Origin: an uncultured Oscillospiraceae bacterium | GTDB taxonomy: Bacteria > Bacillota > Clostridia > Oscillospirales > Oscillospiraceae | Length of the DNA: 56,883 nt | Direction of reading: 5' to 3' | NCBI GenBank assembly: GCA_944385715.1 | Contig: CALWYI010000001.1 | Coordinates: forward strand, 1 to 56,883 | In this document: piece by piece, positions 44,449-53,659 of the stretch | How positions within the stretch are numbered: position 1 is the stretch's first letter | Layout of the letters: the number at the start of each line of letters is the position of its first letter | Program-made: the position numbers and the translations under genes | Notes under the pieces: generated by a model | Databases searched by the model: none | Told to the model about the DNA's origin: nothing | What the model saw: the letters and a program-made list of their open reading frames with translations, nothing else

Positions 44449-45912
44449 ATGGAGCAGTTTACCATAACCTTTCAACCCGGCGACGTCCGGGTGACGGTGC
44501 CGGAGGGCGTCACCCTGCTCCAGGCCCAGATCCAGGCGGGCCTGCACCCTGACGCGCCCTGCGGCGGGCGGGGGAGCTGCGGGAAGTGCCGGGTGACCCT
44601 GGGGGACGGGCGGGAGGTCCTGGCCTGCCAGACGGCGGTGGAGCGGGATGAGACCGTCTTTCTCAGCCAGGCCCGGTCCGCCCAGATTCTCACCGGCTCC
44701 CGGAGCGCTGCGGATATCCATCCCGACGGCCGGGACAGGTACGCCCTGGCCTTCGATATCGGCACCACCACTCTGGCGGCTTACCTCCTCAGCGGGGAGA
44801 CCGGGGCGCAGCTGGCCCAGGCCAGCTGTCTCAACCCCCAGAGCCAGTACGGGGCCGACGTGATCTCCCGGATCCAGATGGCCCTGGAGGGAGGCGGAGA
44901 GACGCTGCGCCGCTGCGTCCTGGACGCTTTGGCGGCGCTGACGGAGGAGGTGGCCGGGAAGGCCGGTATCGTCCCCGGCGACATCACCGCCGCCGCCGTG
45001 GTGGGCAACACGGCCATGCACCATCTGCTCCTGGGTATCGACCCCGGCCCTCTGACCATTCCGCCCTATATGCCCCGGGTGTCCCAGGCTATGGAGCTGC
45101 CGGCGGAGGATCTGCTGCCCATCCGCGGCGTCTTTCGGGCGCTGCCCAACATCGCAGGCTTCGTGGGGGGCGACACCGTGGGGTGCCTTGTGGCCACCCG
45201 GTTCGACCACCTGGAGGAACTGACGCTGCTCATCGACATCGGCACCAACGGCGAGATGGTGCTGGGGGACCGCCGCCGGCGGATCGCCTGCTCCACCGCC
45301 GCCGGCCCCGCCCTGGAGGGAGCCAAGATCTCCTGCGGCATGCGGGGCGTGGCCGGGGCGGTGGACCACGTGTCCTGGCGGGACGGCGAGATCTCGTATC
45401 ACGTCATCGGGGAGGGCGAGGCTGTGGGCCTGTGCGGCTCCGGGCTGCTGGACCTGACGGCGGCCCTGCTGGAGGCGGGGATAATCGACGAGACGGGCCG
45501 CCTGGAGGGCGGCGCCTACCGCCTCTGCCCCGGCGTCACCCTGACCCAGAAGGACGTGCGGGAGTTGCAGCTGGCCAAGGGGGCCATCCGGGCCGGTATC
45601 GAGCTGCTGGCCAGGACCCTGGGGGCCGCCGTGGCGGAGATCCGGACCGTGTATCTGGCCGGGGCCTTCGGCAACTACATGACCCCCGCCGCCGCTTGCC
45701 GCATCGGCATGATCCCCCCGGTGCTGGAGGGGCGGGTGGTCCCCATCGGCAACGCCGCCGGTGAGGGTGCGAAGCTCTGTGCCGTGAGCCGGGCGGAGTT
45801 TGACTACAGCCGGGAGCTGGCCGCGTCCACGGAGTTTCTGGAGCTGGCCAGTCTGCCGGAGTTTCAGGATCGGTTCATAGATGCCCTTGGCTTTTCGGAG
45901 GAAACAGAATGA
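44449..45912 (+). CDS. corrinoid reductive activase (2Fe-2S ferredoxin + ASKHA ATPase, RACE/RamA-like)
   Basis: Start MEQFTITFQPG (AAAGGAGGG RBS); CGGRGSCGKCRV plant-type ferredoxin motif; DIGTTTLAAYL and DIGTNGEMVLG ASKHA phosphate motifs. Confidence 0.8.
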   Translation: MEQFTITFQPGDVRVTVPEGVTLLQAQIQAGLHPDAPCGGRGSCGKCRVTLGDGREVLACQTAVERDETVFLSQARSAQILTGSRSAADIHPDGRDRYALAFDIGTTTLAAYLLSGETGAQLAQASCLNPQSQYGADVISRIQMALEGGGETLRRCVLDALAALTEEVAGKAGIVPGDITAAAVVGNTAMHHLLLGIDPGPLTIPPYMPRVSQAMELPAEDLLPIRGVFRALPNIAGFVGGDTVGCLVATRFDHLEELTLLIDIGTNGEMVLGDRRRRIACSTAAGPALEGAKISCGMRGVAGAVDHVSWRDGEISYHVIGEGEAVGLCGSGLLDLTAALLEAGIIDETGRLEGGAYRLCPGVTLTQKDVRELQLAKGAIRAGIELLARTLGAAVAEIRTVYLAGAFGNYMTPAAACRIGMIPPVLEGRVVPIGNAAGEGAKLCAVSRAEFDYSRELAASTEFLELASLPEFQDRFIDALGFSEETE

Positions 45913-46448
45913 TGCATGACGAACAATTGGCGGCGTGTGCCCAGGCCGTCGGGTTTACCCACTGGGCGAAGCTGGATGTGAATACCATTGTGCTCAGGCA
46001 GGAGGTCCGGGACATGTGCGCGGCCAACACCTGCGGCAAGTACGACAAGTGCTGGAGCTGTCCCCCCGGCTGCGGCTCCCTGGAGGAGTGTGGGGAGAAG
46101 CTGCGGGGGACGACCCGGGGCATCCTGGTGCAGACCGTGGGGGATGTGGAGGACAGCTTTGACCTGGAGGGCATGGCGGAGGTGGAGGCGGTCCACAGGG
46201 AGCGCTTTGCCAGAATGTACGAGATGCTCCGCGCCTCCGGCGGCCCTGTGCTGGCCCTGGGGGCGGGGTGCTGCACCCAGTGCCGGGAGTGCACCTACCC
46301 CCAGGCCCCCTGCCGTTTCCCGGAGAAGATGATCTCCTCCATGGAGGCCTTCGGGATGCTGGTGCTGGAGGTCTGCAAGGCCAACGGCCTGTCCTACTAC
46401 TACGGCTCCGACAAGATGGCCTACACCGGCTGCTTTTTACTGGCGTAA
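45909..46448 (+). CDS. DUF2284-type Cys-rich metal-binding protein
   Basis: CAANTCGKYDKCWSCPPGC and CTQCRECTYPQAPC motifs; ATGA overlap with activase gene. Confidence 0.7.
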   Translation: MMHDEQLAACAQAVGFTHWAKLDVNTIVLRQEVRDMCAANTCGKYDKCWSCPPGCGSLEECGEKLRGTTRGILVQTVGDVEDSFDLEGMAEVEAVHRERFARMYEMLRASGGPVLALGAGCCTQCRECTYPQAPCRFPEKMISSMEAFGMLVLEVCKANGLSYYYGSDKMAYTGCFLLA

Positions 46449-46518
46449 GCGCGCCACGGCGGCGGGGAAGGGAGGGGCCGGACCCTGCCCCTTCGGAGGT
46501 CCAATAGCGTGCGTGAAA

Positions 46519-46547
46519 GAGAACCGCGTCGGCGGCTCTCTTTTTTT
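46519..46547 (+). terminator. intrinsic terminator of the methyltransferase operon
   Basis: stem gagaaccgc/gcggctctc (one mismatch) followed by ttttttt. Confidence 0.7.
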
Positions 46548-46658
46548 GCCATGACCTTCCGGACAGAAAAGGGAATAGAATCGGCCCGGCGGCGCATAGA
46601 CTAGAGGGACGAATCATGGGGCCGCCGTACCCGGCGGAAAACGGAAGGAGCGATAGAT

Positions 46659-47714
46659 TTGGCAAGGAGGTCCGCCGCCCGCTACCGTGCGCGGCATTTG
46701 CGGAAAAATGGCAGCGGAGGGAACAGACGCAGACCTCCGGCGTCTGCGGAGAGGCGGGCGGTGATCCGCCTTACGGTGTGCGGGGTCATCTTCGTGCTCC
46801 TGGTGGCGGTCAAGCTCCTCTTCCCCCAGACCGTCAGCCGCCTGGCCCAGACGGCGGGGGAGCTCATCGGCCGGGACGCGGATTTCAAGGAGGCCTTTGC
46901 CGCCATGGGCCGGGCGGTCAGCGGAGAGGAAGGGGTGGGCGACTCCCTCCAGGACGCCTACGCAGCGGTGTTCAGCCCGGCGGATGAGGACGACGCCGTG
47001 CTGGCCAGCGCCGGGGCGGAGGTGGAGGACTACCTGGACCCGGCTGCCAAGTTAATGCGCTTTACAGCGATGGACCTGCCGGCTCCTGCGGAGAAAGCTG
47101 CCTCTGATTTCCAGGAGACGGACCAGGGAATCGCCGCCGCGGAGCCCCAGCAGGCGCCTGAGGCGGAGCAGCCGCCCCAGGAGGCGGTCCGGCAGGCGGC
47201 CCCGGCGGAGACGGCGGCGGTGGAGGCGCAGCCCGAGGCGGAGGAGACGGTCACCGCCGCGGCCTCCCAGGTGTACACCATGCCGGCCCTGCCTGAGAAC
47301 GCCAGCCTGGAGCAGCGGAACCTGGGCTTTGCCCATACCAGCCCCATCGTGGCGCCCCTCACCTCCCCCTTCGGCTGGCGGGAACACCCGGTCAGCGGAG
47401 GGACCCGGTTCCACTACGGGGTGGACCTGGGGGCGGCCACCGGCACGGACATCTGCGCCTTTGCCGACGGGACGGTCTACGCCACCGGGGACAGCAGCAG
47501 CCTGGGCTACTATATCATGGTCCAGCACGAGGACGGCTATATGACGCTGTACGCCCACTGCAGTAAGATCACGGTCACCAGCGGCGCGGTGACCATGGGC
47601 CAGAAGATCGCGGAGGTGGGGGAGACCGGCATCGCCACCGGGCCCCATCTCCACTTCGAGCTCCACGACGGGGACCTGTACCTCAACCCCATCTACTATG
47701 TGGAGCTGGCGTAA
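46659..47714 (+). CDS. M23-family metallopeptidase, membrane-anchored (SpoIVFA position)
   Basis: TTG start 8 nt after GGAAGGAG; TM VIRLTVCGVIFVLLVAV; HYGVDL and GPHLHFEL LytM motifs; precedes spoIVFB. Confidence 0.8.
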   Translation: MARRSAARYRARHLRKNGSGGNRRRPPASAERRAVIRLTVCGVIFVLLVAVKLLFPQTVSRLAQTAGELIGRDADFKEAFAAMGRAVSGEEGVGDSLQDAYAAVFSPADEDDAVLASAGAEVEDYLDPAAKLMRFTAMDLPAPAEKAASDFQETDQGIAAAEPQQAPEAEQPPQEAVRQAAPAETAAVEAQPEAEETVTAAASQVYTMPALPENASLEQRNLGFAHTSPIVAPLTSPFGWREHPVSGGTRFHYGVDLGAATGTDICAFADGTVYATGDSSSLGYYIMVQHEDGYMTLYAHCSKITVTSGAVTMGQKIAEVGETGIATGPHLHFELHDGDLYLNPIYYVELA

Positions 47715-48285
47715 GCTGTCCGTCACCTGGGGGGCTGTGGGCCTGCTGGCCCTGGCCCTGTTTGCCGGGGCGGGGGAGGTGCTGCCGGTGGTGGCCCTGG
47801 CCGCCCTGTGCCATGAGCTGGGGCATCTGACCGCCCTGGCGCTGGTGAAGGCGAAAATAGAGCGGATCCGCCTCACCGCCTTCGGGGCGGAGATCCGGGC
47901 GGATACCCGGTATCTGCCCTACGGGAGGGAGATCTTCTGCACGCTGGCGGGCCCTGCGGTCAATCTCGTTCTGGCGGTAGTACTGGCCAGGGCGGCGGGG
48001 AACTACCTGCTGGCGGGGGCCAACCTGTTTCTGGGGGTGTTCAATCTCCTGCCCCTGCCCTCCCTGGACGGGGGGCGGGCCCTCCATCTGGCCATAAGCT
48101 GGGTTACCGATCCCATGCTGGCGGACCGGGTGTGCCGGTGGGTGGGGCTGCTCTGGGGCGGGGCCCTGGCGGCAACGGCCCTGGTCCTGGTGGTGCGCCA
48201 TGGGACGGGGGCGTTTTTATTGCTGGGGGCCCTGGGGGCCTTTCTTCCCCAATTACCTCTTGCAAAACGGAGACAAAGCCGCTAA
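47698..48285 (+). CDS. spoIVFB: site-2 (M50) intramembrane metalloprotease SpoIVFB-like
   Basis: HELGH zinc motif in TM, NLLPLPSLDGG second motif; 17-nt overlap with upstream gene. Confidence 0.8.
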   Translation: MWSWRKLSVTWGAVGLLALALFAGAGEVLPVVALAALCHELGHLTALALVKAKIERIRLTAFGAEIRADTRYLPYGREIFCTLAGPAVNLVLAVVLARAAGNYLLAGANLFLGVFNLLPLPSLDGGRALHLAISWVTDPMLADRVCRWVGLLWGGALAATALVLVVRHGTGAFLLLGALGAFLPQLPLAKRRQSR

Positions 48286-48365
48286 AATAGTACTGTTTAT
48301 CCTGGGGCGGTGTTGCCTGTGCAGCACTCCCGGGAAATGGATTGACAGTACCAAGGAGAATCGCC

Positions 48366-50201
48366 GTGGACAAGAGACTGGAGCGCATCCTGCCCCGGGT
48401 GCAGAAGCCGGCCCGCTATGTGGGCGGAGAGTACAACGAGATCAAGAAGGATAAGAGGGACGTGGAGCTGCGGGTGGCCTTCTGCTTCCCGGATACATAC
48501 GAGATCGGTATGTCCAATCTGGGCTTCCGCATCCTCTACGGGATCATGAACGACATGCCTGGCGTGTGGTGCGAGCGGGTGTTCGCCCCCTGGGGGGACA
48601 TGGAGGCGGAACTGCGGCAGGCGGGCATCCCCCTCTACGCCCTGGAGTCCGGGGACCCCATCGGGGAGTTCGATGTGGTGGCCTTCTCTGTGGGCTACGA
48701 GATGGCCTATCCGGCTATTTTGAATATGCTGGACCTGGGGGGCATCCCCCTCCACGCCGCGGAGCGGACGGAGCTCTCTCCCCTGGTCATCGCCGGCGGC
48801 ACCGCCATGTACAACGCGGAGCCCCTGGCGGACTTCATCGACCTGGCCCTCATCGGCGAGGGGGAGGATGAGGTGCCGGAGCTGCTGGAGCTGTACCGCC
48901 GGGCCAAGCGGGAGGGCTGGAGCAAGAGCCGCTTCCTCCGGGCCGCCGCGGACATCCAGGGGGTGTATGTGCCCTCCCTGTACGACGTGACCTACCACGA
49001 CGACGGCACCGTCCGGGCCATCACGCCCCTGGACGGCGCCCCGGCGAAGGTGTACAAGCGGGTGGTCCACGACATGGACAAGTCCTACTTCCCGGCCAGG
49101 ACCATCGTGCCCTCCACGGAGGTGGTCCACGACCGGGTGACATTGGAGCTGTTCCGGGGCTGCATCCGGGGCTGCCGGTTCTGCCAGGCGGGATATGTGT
49201 ACCGCCCGGTCCGCTGCCGCAGCCGGGAGCAGGCATTCCGGTACGGCGTGGAGGCCTGCAGGGACTCCGGCTACCAGGAGATGACCCTCAGCTCCCTCTC
49301 CACCAGCGACTACCCCGGCCTGGTGGGCCTGTGCGACGACCTGGAGCAGTTTTGCCGGGAGAGCCATGTGAACCTGAGCCTGCCTTCCCTGCGGGCGGAC
49401 AACTTCTCCATGGATCTCATGCAGCGGCTCCAGCGGGGGCGGAAGGCGGGTCTCACCTTCGCCCCGGAGGCAGGTACCCAGCGGCTGCGGGACGCCATCA
49501 ATAAGAATGTGACAGAGGAAGATCTGCACCAGAGCCTCCGCACCGCCTTTTCCGGCGGCTGGAATGCGGTGAAGCTCTACTTCATGCTGGGCCTCCCCAC
49601 GGAGACCGACGAGGATGTGCTGGCCATCGCCGAGATGACCAACCACGTCCTCCACACCTGGCGGGAGTCCGCCGCCAATAAGAACCGGGGCGTCCGGATC
49701 ACGGTGTCCACCTCCTGGTTCGTTCCCAAACCCTTCACCGCCTTCCAGTGGGAGGGGCAGATCACCCGGGAGGAATATGAGCGCCGGGTGAAGCTGCTGC
49801 GAAATGCCATCACCGCCAAGGCGGTGACCTACAACTGGCACGACGGGGACACCAGCTTTCTGGAGGCGGTGCTGGCCCGGGGCGACCGGCGGCTGGGCAA
49901 GGTGCTGGAGCTGGCCTTCCGGAAGGGGGCCCACCTGGACGCCTGGAGCGAGTACTTTGCCCTCTCCCGCTGGGAGGAGGCCTTTGCCGCGTGCGGCCTG
50001 GACCCCGCCTTCTACGCTAACCGGGTCCGCCCACGGGAGGAGATCCTGCCCTGGAGCATGATCTCCTGCTATGTCAGCGACGCGTATCTGTGGCGCCAGC
50101 GGGAGCTGGCCTACCAGTCTGTGCCCACGCCGGACTGCCGCACCCAGTGCAGCGGCTGCGGGGCCAATGTGGTGGAAGGGGGGGAGTGCAGCCGTGGCTA
50201 A
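48366..50201 (+). CDS. TIGR03960-type B12-binding-domain radical SAM protein
   Basis: GTG start 7 nt after AAGGAG; LERILPRVQKPARYVGGEYN lead-in; CIRGCRFCQAG CxxxCxxC cluster. Confidence 0.8.
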   Translation: MDKRLERILPRVQKPARYVGGEYNEIKKDKRDVELRVAFCFPDTYEIGMSNLGFRILYGIMNDMPGVWCERVFAPWGDMEAELRQAGIPLYALESGDPIGEFDVVAFSVGYEMAYPAILNMLDLGGIPLHAAERTELSPLVIAGGTAMYNAEPLADFIDLALIGEGEDEVPELLELYRRAKREGWSKSRFLRAAADIQGVYVPSLYDVTYHDDGTVRAITPLDGAPAKVYKRVVHDMDKSYFPARTIVPSTEVVHDRVTLELFRGCIRGCRFCQAGYVYRPVRCRSREQAFRYGVEACRDSGYQEMTLSSLSTSDYPGLVGLCDDLEQFCRESHVNLSLPSLRADNFSMDLMQRLQRGRKAGLTFAPEAGTQRLRDAINKNVTEEDLHQSLRTAFSGGWNAVKLYFMLGLPTETDEDVLAIAEMTNHVLHTWRESAANKNRGVRITVSTSWFVPKPFTAFQWEGQITREEYERRVKLLRNAITAKAVTYNWHDGDTSFLEAVLARGDRRLGKVLELAFRKGAHLDAWSEYFALSRWEEAFAACGLDPAFYANRVRPREEILPWSMISCYVSDAYLWRQRELAYQSVPTPDCRTQCSGCGANVVEGGECSRG

Positions 50202-50856
50202 GCTCCGTTTGTTGTTCCGCAAGGAGGGCCGGGCGGTGTACATCTCCCACCTGGACCTGCTGCGCACCTTCCAGCGGGTGTTTCTCCGGGAGGGCCTGGT
50301 GCTGCGTCACTCCCAGGGGTTCCATCCCCACCCGCTGCTGTCCTTTGCCCTGCCGCTGTCGGTGGGGCAGTCCAGCGACTGTGAGATATTGGACTTTGAG
50401 GTGGACGGCGCTTTGGACTGCGCCGCCCTGCCGGATGCCCTCAACCGCTTTATGCCCGAGGGCATCGTGGCGGTGGACTGCTGGGAGGCGGTGCGGCCCG
50501 TCCGGGAGCTGGACGCCCTCCGCTGCCGGGTGGAGCTGATCTACGACGGCGGCGTGACGCCGGAGACCCTCCAGGCGGTCCGGGACCTGTTCGCCCGTGA
50601 GGAGATTGTCATCCGGAAGCGGACCAAGCGCAAGGCCATGGCGGATGTGGACATCCGCCCCCTGATCCGCGGCCTGGACTTTGCCGCGGAGGGGGATACC
50701 ATTTGTATCGACGCGACGGTGGCCGCCCAGAACCCGGGGCTGAACCCGGCGCTGCTGGCCACGGCGGTGGAGACCTGCCTGCCGGAGCGCGGGCCGGACT
50801 TTGTCCGGGTCCGGCGGCTTTCGCTCCTGGACAGCCGGGGCGGGGTCTTCCGGTAG
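50194..50856 (+). CDS. TIGR03936/DUF2344 radical-SAM-associated protein
   Basis: GTG start overlapping upstream stop (GTGGCTAA); LRLLFRKEGRAVYISHLDLLRTFQR typical N-terminus. Confidence 0.75.
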   Translation: MAKLRLLFRKEGRAVYISHLDLLRTFQRVFLREGLVLRHSQGFHPHPLLSFALPLSVGQSSDCEILDFEVDGALDCAALPDALNRFMPEGIVAVDCWEAVRPVRELDALRCRVELIYDGGVTPETLQAVRDLFAREEIVIRKRTKRKAMADVDIRPLIRGLDFAAEGDTICIDATVAAQNPGLNPALLATAVETCLPERGPDFVRVRRLSLLDSRGGVFR

Positions 50857-50975
50857 CAGAAAAATTGAGATTTGACCGGTACCATAGGTGCCGGAAGGGC
50901 GCCGGGCCTTTGTCCGGCGAACAAAGGCCCCGCCGGAAGGTAACTTCCCGGCGGGGTACGGAGGAGGAAGCAACC

Positions 50976-52088
50976 ATGGGGAGAGAGTATGACGCGGGAG
51001 CTTTGGGCAGGTGTATCGTTGTGATCCCCGCCCTGAACCCGGAAGCGCAGGTGACGGCCTACGTCTCCGCTCTGCTGGACAGGGGATTCCGCCAGGTGGT
51101 GGTGGTGGACGACGGCAGCGGCGAGGCCTTTGCCGGCACCTTTTATGCCCTGGAGGGGATGGAGGGGTGCACCGTCCTGCGCCACGAGAAGAACCGGGGA
51201 AAGGGCCGGGCGCTGAAGACTGCCTTTGCCCACATCCTTAACTGCCCCCTGTGGGAGGGCTCCGCCGTGGTCACCGCCGACGCCGACGGTCAGCACAGCG
51301 TGGAGGACGTGTGCGCGGTGGCCGCCGCCGCGGCGGCGGAGGAGAAGCGCCTGGTCATGGGAGTCCGGGACCTGAGCCTTCCCAACGTGCCTACCCGGTC
51401 CAAGATCGGAAACCGGGTCACCAGTTGGGCCTTCCACCTCCTCTACGGCGTACGGCTGGGGGATACCCAGACGGGGCTGCGGGGCATCCCCTGGGGCCTT
51501 CTCCGCTGGTGCGCGGGGATCGAGGGGGATCGCTTCGAGTACGAGATGAATATGCTCATCAGGGCGGCCCGGGAGCACGTGGAGCTGCGGCAGGTGTCCA
51601 TCCAGGTGATCTACTATGACAACAATGCCGGCTCCCACCTCCACACGGTCCGGGATGCCTGGCGGGTCTTCTGCATCCTGATGGCGGGCCTTGGCTGGTA
51701 CACGGCGGCGGCGGCTCTGTCGGCGGCGGCGGACGTGCTGACCTTCTGGCTGGGCAGCGCGGTGATCTTCCGGCCGCTTTCGGATCTGGCCTGCTACTGG
51801 TGGTCCACCCTTACCGCCCGGGCTTTGTCCTCTACTTTGAATTACAGTCTCAACCGCCGGTATGTCTTCGGCGCAAAGCCCCGCCCCCGGACAGTGGTGC
51901 GCTATTACTGCCTGTGGCTGGGACAGCTCATGTGCTCGTACCTTCTGCTGCTCTTTATGACGGTGCTGTTTCCGGCCCTGCCGCCGGTGGTGAGCAAGGC
52001 CCTGGTGGACATCCTGCTGGCCATCGGCAGCTACCAGATCCAGCTTCACTGGGTGTTCCGGGAGGAGGACGAGGATGAGGAGGGGTAA
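50976..52088 (+). CDS. family-2 glycosyltransferase fused to GtrA-like membrane domain
   Basis: Start MGREYDAGALGRCIVVIPALNPE (GGAGGAGGA RBS); VDDGSG, DADGQH (DxD); C-terminal 4 TM with NYSLNRRYVF GtrA motif. Confidence 0.8.
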   Translation: MGREYDAGALGRCIVVIPALNPEAQVTAYVSALLDRGFRQVVVVDDGSGEAFAGTFYALEGMEGCTVLRHEKNRGKGRALKTAFAHILNCPLWEGSAVVTADADGQHSVEDVCAVAAAAAAEEKRLVMGVRDLSLPNVPTRSKIGNRVTSWAFHLLYGVRLGDTQTGLRGIPWGLLRWCAGIEGDRFEYEMNMLIRAAREHVELRQVSIQVIYYDNNAGSHLHTVRDAWRVFCILMAGLGWYTAAAALSAAADVLTFWLGSAVIFRPLSDLACYWWSTLTARALSSTLNYSLNRRYVFGAKPRPRTVVRYYCLWLGQLMCSYLLLLFMTVLFPALPPVVSKALVDILLAIGSYQIQLHWVFREEDEDEEG

Positions 52089-52743
52089 GCTCTTTGCCTT
52101 CAGCCGCTTTTTCGTCCGGCTGAAGATCGGGCGGTGGACGGCGGAGGTAGCGCCTCCCGCCGGCCCCACCGTCTACGTCTGCAGCCACGGCAACATGGCG
52201 GGGCCCCTGGCCACCCTCTGCTGGCTGCCCTTTCCGGCCCGGCCCTGGGTGTTCCACGTGTTCACCGACAAAAAGACCTGCTATGAGCAGTTTTCCGGCT
52301 ACACCTTCTCCCAGCGCTTCGGCCTGCCGCAGCCCCTGGCCAATTTCCTGGCGGGGATCGTTTCCGGCTATGTCAGCGCCCTCATGACCTCCACCGGGGC
52401 CATCCCGGTATACCGCGGCTCCGTCCACATCGGCGCCACCTTCAAGGAGACGGTGGCGGCCCTCCGGGCGGGGGACAGCGTCCTTATCTTCCCGGACGTG
52501 GACTACACCGACGACAGCGACGGCATCGGCGCGGTGTACGACGGCTTCCTCCTGACGGACCGGTTCTGGCGCCGGGCGTCGGACGAGCCCCTGGACTTCA
52601 TCCCTCTGCGGCTGGACCACCACACCCGCCGCATCACCGCCGGACCGCCGGTGCGGTTTGACCGCAGGGCGGATCAGAAGGAGGAGCTGGTCCGGGTCCG
52701 GGAGACCCTGCGGCGGGAGATCAACGCCCCGGAGCAGATGTGA
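52075..52743 (+). CDS. putative LPLAT/PlsC-like acyltransferase (catalytic HX4D not evident)
   Basis: VYVCSHGNMAGP..., VLIFPDVDYT pattern reminiscent of glycerolipid acyltransferases; 14-nt overlap with upstream gene; family call tentative. Confidence 0.45.
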   Translation: MRRGKLFAFSRFFVRLKIGRWTAEVAPPAGPTVYVCSHGNMAGPLATLCWLPFPARPWVFHVFTDKKTCYEQFSGYTFSQRFGLPQPLANFLAGIVSGYVSALMTSTGAIPVYRGSVHIGATFKETVAALRAGDSVLIFPDVDYTDDSDGIGAVYDGFLLTDRFWRRASDEPLDFIPLRLDHHTRRITAGPPVRFDRRADQKEELVRVRETLRREINAPEQM

Positions 52744-52879
52744 CGGAGGGGCTTCAGGAAAAAAACAGGATTTGTTAAGAAAAAAAGCGGTTTTTGATAG
52801 AGGAAAACTTGAAATTCATGGGCTATGCTCTTTCAGCAGAGGCGGCAGAGCCGCCATATCCGCGTGAGGAGTGTAGCCC

Positions 52880-53644
52880 ATGAAGTTTGTACGCCGTTGT
52901 TGTCAGCAGATTCTCTATCGCTTTTCCCATCGTCCCCCCATGCAGCCGCGGCAGTGGCTGGCCCTGGGAGCCGGGGCGCTGGTTCTGGCGCTGGTTCTGG
53001 CGATATTCTGGTTTGCCGGACGGCCCATCCTGACCCTGGCAGGAGACCCGGACCGGTTCCGGTCCTGGGTGGCGGAGCGGGGCTGGTGGGGCCAGCTGGC
53101 CTTCGTGGGGATGATGGCGCTGCAGATCTTCGTGGCCGTGATCCCCGGGGAGCCGTTGGAGCTGGCGGCGGGTTACGCCTTCGGCGCCTGGCTGGGACTG
53201 GGGCTGTGCCTGGCGGGGGCCGCCCTGGGCAGCATCGTTGTGTTTCTGCTGGTCCGCAGCCTGGGTGTGCGGGCGGTGGAGGCCTTCTTTCCCCGTGAGA
53301 AGATCATGGAGCTGTCCTTTTTGAAGGACATACGGCGGCGGGATGTGCTGATCTTTACCCTGTTCTGTATTCCGGGCAGCCCCAAGGACCTTCTGACCTA
53401 TGTCTCCGGCCTGACGAACATCAGCCTTGCCCGGTGGCTGCTGCTGACCACCCCCGCCCGGATCCCCTCCATCATCACCAGCACCGTGGGGGGCGACGCC
53501 CTGGGGGTGGGCAACGTCCCCTTTGCCGCAGCGGTGTTTGCGGTGACGCTGCTCATCAGCGCCGGGGGCATCCTGATGTACCGCCGGATCTGCCGGACCG
53601 GCGCTGCGCAGGAGAAGGCTGAGGAGCAGACGAAACTGGATTGA
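52880..53644 (+). CDS. TVP38/TMEM64 (DedA-related) membrane protein
   Basis: VAVIPGEPLELAAGYAFG, IPGSPKDLLTYVSGLT family motifs; 5-6 TM. Confidence 0.8.
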   Translation: MKFVRRCCQQILYRFSHRPPMQPRQWLALGAGALVLALVLAIFWFAGRPILTLAGDPDRFRSWVAERGWWGQLAFVGMMALQIFVAVIPGEPLELAAGYAFGAWLGLGLCLAGAALGSIVVFLLVRSLGVRAVEAFFPREKIMELSFLKDIRRRDVLIFTLFCIPGSPKDLLTYVSGLTNISLARWLLLTTPARIPSIITSTVGGDALGVGNVPFAAAVFAVTLLISAGGILMYRRICRTGAAQEKAEEQTKLD

Positions 53645-53659
53645 AAGGAGGCGGCGGCC

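Noticed and set aside
23309-46580. Recurring AATAG pentamer at module boundaries and in several intergenic regions (for example 25841, 26960, 29594, 29934, 30208, 30244, 46503, 46575) as a REP-like GTAG-type recognition tetranucleotide
   Set aside because: The motif is too short and the intergenic regions are AT-enriched. I cannot show enrichment without counting genome-wide, so it is only mentioned within the repeat findings.
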